This document shows, one piece after another, positions 12,953 through 23,751 of a DNA stretch of 64,000 nt. Numbering within the stretch: position 1 is the first letter of the stretch; each line of letters opens with the position of its first letter. The DNA is taken from the NCBI RefSeq assembly GCF_963921235.1, contig NC_086097.1, forward strand, positions 82,028,001 through 82,092,000. Reading direction: 5' to 3'. The stretch comes from Mobula hypostoma (taxonomy: Eukaryota). Made by a program: the position numbers and the translations under genes. The notes below the pieces were generated by a model, which saw nothing but the letters and a program-made list of their open reading frames with translations, was not told where the DNA came from and ran no database searches.

Positions 12953-14074
12953 TTATATGTTGGACGCGGAGGCTGGTGGGGTGGTAGTGACAAGGGGAAC
13001 CCTATTCCTAGTGGGGTGGCTGGAGGATGGGGTGAGAGCAGATGTGCGTGAAATGGGAGAGATACGTTTGAGAGCAGAGTTGATGGTGGAGGAAGGGAAG
13101 CCCCTTTCTTTAAAAAAGAACAACTCCTTTGTCCTGGAATGAAAAGCCTCATCCTGAGAGCAGATGCGGTGGAGATGGAGGAATTGCGAGAAGGGGATGG
13201 CATTTTTGCAAGAGACAGGGTGGGAAGAGGAATAGTCCAGGTAGCTGTGAGAGTCCGTAGGCTTATAGTAGACATCAGTAGATAAGCTGTCTCCAGAGAT
13301 AGAGACAGAAAGATCAAGAAAGGGGAGGGAGGTGTCGGAAATGGACCAGGTAATCTTGTGGGCAGGGTGAAAGTTGGAGGCAAAGTTAATAAAGTCAATG
13401 AGCTCAGCATACGTGCAGGAAGCAGCGCCAATGCAGTGGTCGATGTAGCGAAGGAAAAGTGGGGGACAGATACCAGTATAGGTTTGGAACATAGATTGTT
13501 CCACAAAGCCAACAAAAAGGCAGGCATTGCTGGGACCCATATGAGTGCCCATGGCTACATCTTTAGTTTGGAGGAAGTGGGAGGAGCCAAAGGAGAAATT
13601 ATAAAGAGTAAGGACTAATTCCGCTAGACGGAGCAGAGTGGTGGTAGAGGGGAACTGGTTAGGTCTGGAATCCAAAAAGAAGTGGAGAGCTTTGAGACCT
13701 TCCTGGTGGGGGATGGAGGTATATAGGGACTGGACATCCATGGTGAAAATAAAGCGGTGGGGGCCAGGGAACTTAAAATCATCGAAAAAATTCAAAGCAT
13801 GAGAAGTGTCACGAACATAGGTGGGAAGGGATTGAACAAGGGGGGATAAAACAGTGTCGAGGTATACAGAAATGAGTTTGGTGGAGCAGGAGCAAGCTGA
13901 GACAATGGGTCTGCCTGGACAGGCAGGTTTGTGGATCTTGGGTAGGAGGTAGAAACGGAAAGTGCGAGATGTGGGAACTATTAAGGTTGGTAGCAGTGGA
14001 TGAGAGATCCCCTGAGCTGATAAAGTTGGTGATGGTGTGGGAGACAATTCCCTGGTGCTCCTTAGTGGGGTCAT
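12953..14074 (-). pseudogene. Penelope-like reverse transcriptase, partial and decayed
   Basis: 373-aa ORF with PLE RT motifs; the catalytic YIDD is mutated to YIDH. Confidence 0.85.
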
Positions 14075-14107
14075 GATCGAGAGATAAATAGAGGAGGTAT
14101 CCGCGAG

Positions 14108-14845
14108 TTGTCGCTGTGCCTCGAGGTAGAGGTCACTATCAACTCTGCTCTCAAACGCATCTCTCCCATTTCACGCACATCTGCTCTCACCCTATCCTCC
14201 CGCCACCCCACTAGGAATAGGGTCCCCCTTGTCCTCACCTACCACCCCACCAGCCTCCGGGTCCAACATATTCTCTGTAACTTCCACCACCTCCAACAGG
14301 ATCCCACCACTAAGCACGTCATTCCCTCTCTCCCCCCCCCCCCACCCCCAGCTTTCCGCAGGGATCACTCCCTGCGCGACTCCCTTGTCCATTCGTCCCC
14401 CTCATCCCTTTCCACCGATGTCCCTTCCGGCACTTCCCCTTGTAAGCGGAACAAGTGCTACACCTGCCCTTACACTTCCTCCCTCACCACCATTCAGGGT
14501 CCCAGACAGTCCTTCCAGGTGAGGCGACACTTCACCTGTGAGTCGGCTGGGGTGATATACTGCGTCTGGTGCTCCCGATGCGGCCTTCTATATATTGGCG
14601 AGACCCGACCCAGACTGGGAGACCGTTTCGCTGAACACCTACGCTCTGTCCACCAAAGAAGGCAGGATCTCCCAGCGGCCACACATTTTAATTCCACGTC
14701 CCATTCCCATTCTGACATGTCTATCCACGGCCGCCTCTACTGTCAAGATGAAGCCACACTCAGGTTGGAGGAGCAACACCTTATATTCCGTCTGGGTAGC
14801 CTCCAACCTGATGGCATGAACATTGACTTCTCTAACTTCTGTTAA
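14108..14845 (+). pseudogene. Penelope-like C-terminal linker and GIY-YIG endonuclease, 5'-truncated
   Basis: 245-aa ORF with the Cys cluster PCKRNKCYTCPY, GVIYC...LYIGET, RFAEH and the C-terminal LGSLQPDGMN. Confidence 0.85.
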
Positions 14846-15148
14846 TGCCCCACCTCCCCTTCCTACCCCATCATCCCTTATTTATTTATTTCTCACCATT
14901 TTTTCTCTCTTCTTTTCTCCCTCTGTTCCTCTCACGATAACTCCTTGCCCATCTTCTGGGCTTCCTCCTCCCCCCTTCCCCCCCTAGGCTTCCCATCCCC
15001 CGATCCTCTCCCTGCTCCAGCCTCATATCCCTTTTGCCAATCAACTTTCCAGCTCTTAGCTCCATCCCTCCCCTTCCTGTCTTCTATCAGTTTGGATCTC
15101 CTCCTCCCCCTCCCACTTTTAAATCTCTTACTAGCTCTTCCTTCAGTT

Positions 15149-15184
15149 AGTCCTGACGAAGGGTCTCGGCCTGAAACGTTAACT
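15149..15184 (+). ncRNA. Minimal hammerhead ribozyme motif, mutated copy
   Basis: AGTC-CTGACGA-AGGGTCTCGGCCT-GAAA-CGTT-AACT; cores intact, with CpG-type changes at the cleavage site and stem I. Confidence 0.7.
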
Positions 15185-15986
15185 GTACCTCTTCCAATAG
15201 ATGCTGTCTGGCCTGCTGCATTCACCAGCATTTTTTACGTGTTGCTTTAATTTCCAGCATCTGCAGATTTCCTTGTGTTTGTGTTTTTAAATGTAGGAGG
15301 GACTATGTTGAACAATGTGCTCGGTTTTCTGAAATTGGCTCCTTCTCCCTAGGCCACGAACATATCAATCACCCCTCATATTTCCTCAAAAAATTTCAAC
15401 AAATTTGTTAGGCAAGGTTTCCCAAAGAAACCATGCTGACTTTGGCCTATTTTATCATGTGCCTCCAAGAACACCAAAACCTCATCCTTAACAATAGACT
15501 CCCAACATCTTCCTAACCACTAGCCTATAATTTCTTTTATTCTGCCTCTGTTCCTTGAACAGCGAAGTGACGTTTACAATTTTCCAGTCTTCTGGGACCA
15601 TCCAACAGCTAGTGATTCTTGAAAAGTTATTACTAATGCCTCCACTTCAGCTACCTCTTTTGGAACCTTGGGGTGTAGTCCTTCTGGTCCAGGGGTGACT
15701 TATCTACCTTCAGACCTTCCAGCCTCCCATGATTCTTCCTAGTAATACCAACTGCTCGCACTCCTGTCCTCTGACACCCAGACTTCAGGCATACTGATAA
15801 TGTTTTCCACGGTGAAGATTGAAGTGAAAGACTTGTTAAGTCCGTCTGCCATTTCCTTGTTCTCTATTGCTACCTCTCCAGTGTTATTTTCCAGTGGTCC
15901 GATGTTCACCCTTGCCTCTCTTTAACTCTTTATATATCTGAAAAAAAAACCTCTGGTATCCTTTTTGATATTATTGGGCTTGCTTA

Positions 15987-17120
15987 TAAGGCATTTGACA
16001 AGGTTCCACACAATAGGCTTATTCAGAAAGTCAGAAGGCATGGGATCCAGGGAAGTTTGGCCAGGTGGATTCAGAATTGGCTTGCCTGCAGAAGGCAGAG
16101 GGTCGTGGTGGAGGGAGTACATTTGGATTAGAGGGTTGTGACAAGTGGTGTCCCACAAGGATCGGTTCTGGGACCTCTACTTTTTGTGATTTTTATTAAC
16201 GACCTGGATGTGGTGGGTTGGCAAGTTTGCAGATGACACAAAGGTTGGTGGTGTTGTAGATAGTGTAGAGGATTGTTGAAGATTGCAGAGAGACATTGAT
16301 AGGATGCAGAAGTGGGCTGAGAAGTGGCAGATGGAGTTCAACCCGGAGAAGTGTGAGGTGGTACACTTTGGAAGGACAAACTCCAAGGCAGAGTACAAAG
16401 TACAGACATTTATAAATGGCAGGATACTTGGTAGTATGGAGGAGCAGAGGGATCTGGGGGTGCATGTCCACAGTTCCCTGAAAGTTGCCTCACAGGTAGA
16501 TAGGGTAGTTAAGAAAGCTTAGCTTTCATAAGTCGAGGGATAGAGTTTAAGAGTCGCGAGGTAATGATGCAGCTCTATAAAACTGGTTAGGCCACACTTG
16601 GAGTACTGTGTCCAGTTCTGGTCACCTCACTATAGGAAGGATGTGGAAGCATTGGAAAGGGTACAGAGGAGATTTACCAGGATGCTGCCTGGTTTAGAGT
16701 ATGGAGTATGATCAGAGTTTAAGGGAGCTAGGGCTTTACTCTTTGGAGAGAAGGAGGATGAGAGGAGACATGATAGAGGTGTACAAGATATTAAGAGGAA
16801 TAGATAGAGTGGATAGCCAGCGCCTCTTCCCCAGGGCACCACTGCTCAATACAAGAGGATATGGCTTTAAGGTAAGGGGTGGGAAGTTCAAGGGGGATAT
16901 TAGAGGAAGGTGTTTTACTCAGAGAGTGGTTGGTACGTGGAATGCACTGCCTGAGTCAGTGGTGGATGCAGATACACTAGTGAAATTTAAGAGACTACTA
17001 GACAGGTATATGGAGGAATTTAGGGTGGGGGGGGTTATATGAGAGTCAGGGTTTAAGGGTCGGCACAACATTATGGGCTGAAGGGCCTGTACTGTGCTGT
17101 ACTATTCTATGTTCTATATT
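15987..17120 (+). mobile_element. CR1 LINE 3' portion
   Basis: [26 protein letters not shown] through to the 3' UTR with TTCTATG tail; near-identical to 30127-30852 (-). Confidence 0.9.
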
Positions 17121-17124
17121 CTTA

Positions 17125-18221
17125 TGGAATTGGTTTTGTGGCAAAGTTTGTGGATGATACAAAGATAGGTGGAGGGGTAGATAGTGCTGAAGAAGGAATG
17201 CAGCAGGAGTTAGACAGATTGGAAGAATGGGCAAAAAAGTGGCAGATGGAATACAGTTCTGGGAAATGTATGATGATGTATTTAGGTAAAAGGAACAATA
17301 GTGCGGACTATTGTCCAAATGGGGAGAAAGTTCAAACATCAGAGGTGCAGAGGGACTTCGTCGTCGTGCAAGACTCACAGAAGATTAATTTACAGGTTGT
17401 TTGTGGTAAAGAAGGCAAATACAATGTTGGCATGTATTTCAACAGGAATAGAATATAATAGCAAGGAGATAATGCTGAGTCTTTATAAGGCAGTAGTCAA
17501 GCCGCACTTGGAGTATTGTCAACAGTTTTGGGGCCCCATATCTCAGAAAGGCTGTGTTGTCATTGGGGAGTGTCTAGAGCAGTGGTCCCCAGCCTCCGGG
17601 TCGCGGACCGATACATTGCCGTGAAGGATGCAGCGGTACAGCGGTAGCCAGAACGCACCCAGCACATCTTTAAGAAAAAAGCCGAAATATTCAAGCTAAT
17701 TAATTAGGTACCGCCTGGCACATAAATGTCGGCCCAGATCAGAAACGATTGCCAATTGCGTCGCCTCTGATCTGGGCCAACATTTACGTGCCGGGCAGCA
17801 CCTAATTACTTAGCTTGTTTATTTCAGCTTTTTTCTTAAAGATGTGCTGGGTGCGTTCTGGCTACCGCTGCACCCCTGCATGCTTTGTGGCATGTATCAG
17901 TCCGCGGCCTGGAGGTTGGGGACCACTAGTCTAGAGGAGGTTCACAAGGATGATTCCCTTTAGAACAGAGGTAAGAAGGAATTTTTTGGCCAGAGAGTAG
18001 TAAAACTGTGGAATGCTGTGCCACAGATTCGCGGTGGAGGCCAAGTCTGTGTGTATATTTAAGGCAGAAGTTGATAGTTTCCTGATTGGTCAGGGCATCA
18101 AAGGATATGGTGAGAAGGTGGGTTTGTGGGGTTGAATGAGATCTGGGATCCGCCATGATGGAATGACGGAGCAGACTTGATGGGTTGAATGGCCTAATTC
18201 TGCTCCTGTATGTTATGGTTG
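17125..18221 (+). mobile_element. CR1 LINE 3' portion (second subfamily), interrupted by a hAT MITE
   Basis: AKFVDDTKIGGG..EEWAKKWQMEYS, LYKAVVKPHLEYC; 3' UTR ends near 18220. Confidence 0.85.
17580..17928. mobile_element. hAT-Charlie-type palindromic MITE
   Basis: 8-bp TSD GTCTAGAG (17572-79, 17929-36); TIR CAGTGGTCCCCA[G/A]CCTCC; near-complete internal palindrome. Confidence 0.93.
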
Positions 18222-19119
18222 TACCCTGATATTTATCTTTTCCCTCTTTGTGGCTTTTTCAGTTGCCTTGTTGGTTGTTAAAAGTTTCCCAATTCTCTAA
18301 CTTGGTATGATACATACAGCACTGAGATTGAGACCCAAAAAAAACAAAGAATCAAACATTAGGACTATATGAGAAAGCGAATTTGAGTTGCATGATGAAC
18401 TGTGCTTTTTAATGAATGACTTCAGTTTGAGTGACTATAAGGCCTACTATTTGTTAATTTATATTTTTAAGCTTTATCCTCGTACTTTTATTACAGATGA
18501 TCATTTAAGCATTAGTATTGTTTTCTTTACTGTTCTTTCCTTGGGAAGGCTCAATTTTTAAATTGTTTTATTGTTATCACATGTACAATGAGGTATAATG
18601 GAAATTATACCTCATTCCATCCATATATACGGATCATTTCATCGCATCACATCAGTGTGTTAGGTGGTACAAGGGAAAAGCAAAAGCAGATTGCAGAGTA
18701 AAGTGTTACACTAATAGAGTGCAGGGCAGGTAGACAATAATATGCGAGAACGTAATGAGGTAAATTGTGAGGTCAAGAGTCCATCTTATTGTAGGAGACG
18801 ATTCAGCAGTCTTGTCACAGCTGGATAGACGTTCTTGAGCCTTGTGATACATGAATTCAAGACTTTATATGTTCTGAAGAGAGATGTTTTTTGACTTAAA
18901 CCAAGTGATCCTTATGTGAGCCATTACAGACTTAATCACCTATGTGGTTTGAGCCATGGGATTTTAATGTACTTCTAAAATAACAAAATCTGACTAATAA
19001 AATTTAATGTGTTTGGTTTGATAATCGAATTATCTTGAAATTCTCCATGACTTTTTGTTGCTTGAGGGAATGAAGAGTTCAATAATAATTTTGTACTTCA
19101 CTGAAACTTTACTCAATAG

Positions 19120-19243
19120 GCGTCCCGTGCCCAAATCTTGGATAAAGCTACAGAATATATTCAGTATATGAGGCGGAAAAACCACACACATCAACAGGAT
19201 ATTGATGACCTGAAGCGACAGAACACCTTGCTTGAGCAGCAAG
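19120..19243 (+). CDS. MAX: MAX coding exon, loop, helix 2 and leucine zipper (equivalent to human exon 4)
   Basis: caatag|GCG...CAAG|gtaaga; 124 nt; translates [41 protein letters not shown]. Confidence 0.97.
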
Positions 19244-21199
19244 GTAAGAGTGTATTATATTGAGTTTTATTTTGAGTAAAGGGGGATTTTTTTGTTATAG
19301 ATTGATTCTGCAGTATGGAAATTCTGTCTAAAATCTTTTCTTTCTGCCTAATGCACTGTCTTTTGCAGATAAAACTTAAGACTGTAGTTAATTCCAGTCT
19401 TCATAGAAAAGACTTATCAATAACTAAACAGAAGACAGTTTTTTTAAAGCTAATGAAATTGGTGATTAGCAGTTCTGCAACGGCAGTAAAAGATAGGACT
19501 AATTTTACTTTTGGCTTCTCCAATTAATGCAATGATCAAGGCTTCTGAAGATACTTATTAATCCTACTTTGTACTGTTCAAAGGTACAAGTTGCAGGTTT
19601 GTGTGTCTAGGGGAGATTGGATGGGAGGGGGAATTGCATTTGGAATTTGAAGGTCATTAGTGCAAATTTCCTCCATGTTAAACAAACCACAGAAGAGAGA
19701 TTGTGAGCTCTGCAGTGAGGATTTAATTAATTGAGTTTGTGGACCAATAAATATTTATTTTGCATGCAGTGTGTAGAAAAAAAAATATTGGACCTGTCTC
19801 TGAATAATGGGTATTTTCCAACCGTTATAGGTTGAAGCAGAGGCTTTGAACTTTGCTTCAATATACATATTAAAAAAGGAAATAGTTGCCTCATTAAAGC
19901 ACTGGCTTCAGTTTTTACATATATGTACATTTATTTGCACTAATACCTTTAATACTAATATGAAGACCCAGGGTGTGTTTAGTTATTAATTGTACAGAAA
20001 AATGAAGCAAAATATTTGTACATCAAATCATGTGATAATCTGTATAAAACAGAAGCCATTCGGCTGCTTAAGCTTTCATCATGGTGCTGACTGTAGCTAG
20101 AAATCACAATGCTAGAAACTGAATCAGAAAGTTTGCCAACTTGCTTTATGTTTGGAAAATAATTTGCTGCAGTCAAGTGTTATTGTTAGCAAATTATCAT
20201 TTGAAATGCAAATGTAAATCAAAATTTATCAGAAAATGCCAATCAAATGTTCTTGTGGATATTAAAGTAACACAAAAGTATCCTCAAGTGCCAAGTAAAT
20301 AAATTGGCTTATGATTGATGACTACAGATTTAGTATGCATGTATCTGTCCACCTCCCCTCTACCCAACTTAGTCTTTGTCTTCCATCCTTGTGAATGAAA
20401 ATTATAAATGGTTCTTCATTGGTGGCCTCTTTGTACATCTAAAATTTTAATTACATCTTAACTGCAGTAAAACCTGCAGCTGTAACTTATCAGGCATTAA
20501 CCACATTGGCTGTAGAATTACAATGGTATTTACCCAATTGCATCAGAATGCCAAAGGAACCTGATAAATACTTGTCATCTATTGCTTTAATCTTGCTGTA
20601 TAGAGATATGTAGTGCAAAATTGAATGACATCAAAAACCCGGTAGGCTTTTTTTTACTGATTCAGTTGAAGTCCAAGGTGTGAAATGAATCTCCACTACA
20701 TGTTTAACTTATTTCCTATCCTTTCATATTCCCTTCAGTCTTGTTCCTTTGTCTTAAAAAGCCATATGACTTTCCTTAAAATTTTCCTTTCCTACATTCC
20801 TGTTATAGTTACATGTGCAATGTTGCAGTGAGCACTATATCTGGAGTAATGTCACTCAAATTTGAGAGTATTTTGAGCACATAGTGGATGTGGCACATAC
20901 AATCGCGTGTCCCAAAAAACATGGAATAGAGTTAGGGGAAATGGTGTATGCAACTATTGTATATTTTCTTTTTTGTTTTTGGGCATGAGTGATCTTAAAT
21001 ATTTGAGACTCCCTTAGTTTCACTTCACATTGTTGTAGAATTTGCCTGTCTGGAGTTTGCTGAACGTGGCACTTTCCTACAATAAGCAGTGGGAATTTAT
21101 TTCAGAGTGTGTCAGTGTACAGAATCAATGTAGCAGATAACCCAGGAATTTTAAATTGGTGAAAATACTTTTGAGTTTACTAAGGTTGCCTTGGAAGTC

Positions 21200-22440
21200 C
21201 CTAAGCTTCAAGGTAGTTAATGGAAGCAGATAAAGTTGGTACTCAAGATTGGGTTTTAAATGTGGGGGGGCGCAGATTTCAACAGTGAGAAATATTACCT
21301 GGAGGAAATGGATTGAGAGCAGCTGTTAGATCTCATAAATGGGAGTTGTTTATAAGCAGAGTTCAGAGTTGGCACATCTGTGTAAGAGTAAGAAGCAAAG
21401 GTGGTAAATTTAAGGAACCATGGTTAATAAAGGATATTCAAGGTTTGATTAGGGAATAAGAAGCTTGTCATGTATTGGATGTCAAGTTATTTGATCCTTT
21501 TGAGGCATACCGTAGAGAAAAACAGGAGTATGGAAAGTGACCATAAAGTAAGGTTAAAGAGAATCCTTAACTCTGGATCATGTGTGGATCAGGTAGGACC
21601 GTGTTCTTTATAAACAAGGGTGACTAAGTCTCCAGGGCCTGTCTGGATCTACCTTCAGATCCTCGGAAGCAACAACTAAAATTGGAAGGGTGCTGATGTA
21701 GATTTTTCCATAATTTGCCGTTGGTGCTGTACAAGACTGCAGTGGGGTGGACAGTTAATATCTCCTTGTATAAAAGGGGCAAGAGTGGTAAACCTAGAAA
21801 CTGCAGGCCAGGAAAATGCTAAAGATTTTGAGTGACAGCATTTTATTTTCATTTGGAAAGCCAAGTACTGATTAGGAGGAGTCAGCATGCTATAGATGAT
21901 GTCATACAAACTAGCATTGGTAGACTTGGTTTACATGGACTTGTGAGATTTCTGACGAGGTTCCACATACATTTGGCTGGTCATAACGATAAGGCAAGGG
22001 GGATCTGAGGCATGTTAGCAAACTGGATCTGGACTACTGATTGGAAGCAGAGAGCAGTCGGAATTTTCCGTAGCATGTGCTCAATGTTGTAACAATATTC
22101 ATTGTTTTCTCTTCCTGCAATAGTTATGAGTGTACATATAAATTGGGTTTCAGAGTAAAAGTAGACTACATAGTCTCGAGTCTACTCTGCCTTTCAGTAA
22201 AATCAGTCTGGTCTGATCGTCATTTTAACTCAGTTTTTTTCAAAACTATCAGACTAAAACAAAGTGTGATCTAATCTGTCAAAGGCAAAATCCATAATAT
22301 TACTAGCCGTATAATAGGTTGTTATTCTATCAAGAATATTGGGGAGAAGGCAGGAGATTGGGGCTGAAGGGAAATAATGGATCAACCATGATGAAATGGT
22401 GGAGCAGACTCAGTGGGCAAATGGTCCTCATATTATTTGG
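21200..22440 (+). mobile_element. Old fragmented CR1 LINE remnant
   Basis: Degenerate KSPGP, FDEVPH-like segments and a CR1-type 3' UTR near 22330-22440. Confidence 0.5.
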
Positions 22441-22583
22441 CCTTGTCGTTGTAGCAGATTCCAAGAATATGTATGGGATCAATTCAGATGTATGGAGTTG
22501 ATGTTGACTGCAGAAGAGGGTTTCACTGTGTAGTAAATGAGTTGTTCTTTCATTTATCTCATGGCCTTTCCTTTCTTTTACAG

Positions 22584-22771
22584 TACGTGCATTGGAAAAG
22601 GCACGGGCAGCTGCTCAGCTACAAGCAAACTTTTCATCCTCTGACAGCAGTTTGTACACCAACCCCAAGGGCAGTGCAGTTTCTGCCTTTGATGGGGGCT
22701 CTGACTCAACTTCAGAGTCAGAAACTGAAGAACCCCAGACCAGAAAGAAACTGCGAATGGAGCCAAGCTGA
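22584..22771 (+). CDS. MAX: MAX terminal coding exon (zipper end, acidic region, NLS)
   Basis: tttctttTACAG|TA CGT...; phase 1 matches the previous exon; (V)[64 protein letters not shown] at 22769-71. Confidence 0.97.
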
Positions 22772-23745
22772 GCCTGTTCGGGCAATAAACTGGCTGGCTT
22801 TTACTAGGGATTCTTGTGTATAGCTTTACTTTTCAATTTGTCTTCTGTCAGACCCCTTTGTGCTAAAAAGATTATAACAAGATGCTATTAAATGGATAGC
22901 ATCTTCTTTCATCAGTGGAAGGGCTCTCTGCTCTTCCTCGAAGTTACAACATGGCAGCTGTCAAACTATTACGGACTCTTATCTGCTGTTAAAGGAACTT
23001 TGCAGCAGTTCTTAAGACTTGTTCACTTATGGCACCCAGTGGAAAAAGACTAGTCTTGAAATTGAGTACTATTGAAAGAATAAGGAAGCAAGGCACATGT
23101 TATTTGACATGTTGTTAATCTGTAGAGTTGTAGACTTCAACCTGCTTTTACTTATATGACTAGTTTTTAAATCTTGCTTTGAGAGCCTTTTGCCTTTATT
23201 CGATTATGAAATAAGTTCAGTAAAACTTGACTTTTTAGTCAAGTTGCATTTCATTTTTCTAAATGTCTTGCAGATTAAAAGTACTCAAATATTCTGTGCC
23301 TTGAGTTGCTTTTTATGTGACTACAAAAAAATGATGGAACAGCTTAAGTGCCCCTGAAGGAATATTTGATACTGAAATGTCAACTGTCAGTACAACTGAA
23401 AAGGGTATGTTAAGTTCATGTTTTAGCAGCAACTGAAATAATTGTATTTATGCCTCAGTCTGCAAAATACAATGTACAAAATTAAATTGATTTATAAAAC
23501 TGCTAATTATTGTTGTTTGAACAATCAGCTGGCTGCCAGTTACCATTCAGGCTGTGTCAGGGATGTGTGTACATTTGTCTGGGTCTGCCTTTTCAATTAC
23601 TGGTCTAAGCTTAAACTAGGTTGTAGTATTGTGTAGAATTGTCTTTCTTGTTATTTGATTCCATTCCATGGAAATTACAGGTATGTTGTACATACTGCCA
23701 AGAAATGTCTTGCAAGTTGAGGCTGACCTTTACTATAAGACTATA

Positions 23746-23751
23746 AATAAA
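23746..23751 (+). terminator. Probable MAX polyadenylation signal (3' UTR about 1 kb)
   Basis: AATAAA at the end of a repeat-free AU-rich tract, followed by T-rich sequence. Confidence 0.55.

Larger units (their letters stand above)
12210..15287. mobile_element. Penelope-like retroelement (GIY-YIG type) in inverted two-arm configuration
   Basis: Left arm (-) 12210-14133 carries the RT ORF 12953-14074 (FYLLPKIHK..GRPIVS, MDVQSLYTSIP, AMGT, FLRYIDH); right arm (+) 14135-15287 carries GIY-YIG (GVIYCVWCSRCGLLYIGET..RFAEH); 14-bp flanking duplication. Confidence 0.92.
11765..15378. mobile_element. Palindromic mariner-derived MITE, split by a Penelope insertion (arms 11765-12209 and 15288-15378)
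   Basis: TA at 11763-64 and 15379-80; TIR GAGGG[G/C]TGATTGATAAGTT[T/C]GTGGCCTA; both strands encode the mariner C-terminus DFYKEGIRMLHD[R/C]WT[K/T]CVNVGGDYV. Confidence 0.88.
10820..18305 (-). mobile_element. CR1 LINE (host of nested insertions), in segments 10820-11762, 15381-15986 and 18222-18305
   Basis: DVVYLDFQKSFEKV...VTSGVP (ORF 11335-11736); the segments join collinearly when compared with the CR1 at 35480-38840. Confidence 0.8.

Noticed and set aside
19693..19706. Alternative cryptic MAX acceptor (CACAG|AAGAGAGATTGTGA giving EERL*)
   Set aside because: Poor polypyrimidine tract; much weaker than the 19369 candidate.
22473..22823. 116-aa ORF over the MAX last exon
   Set aside because: It is an alternative frame starting in the intron, with no recognisable product.
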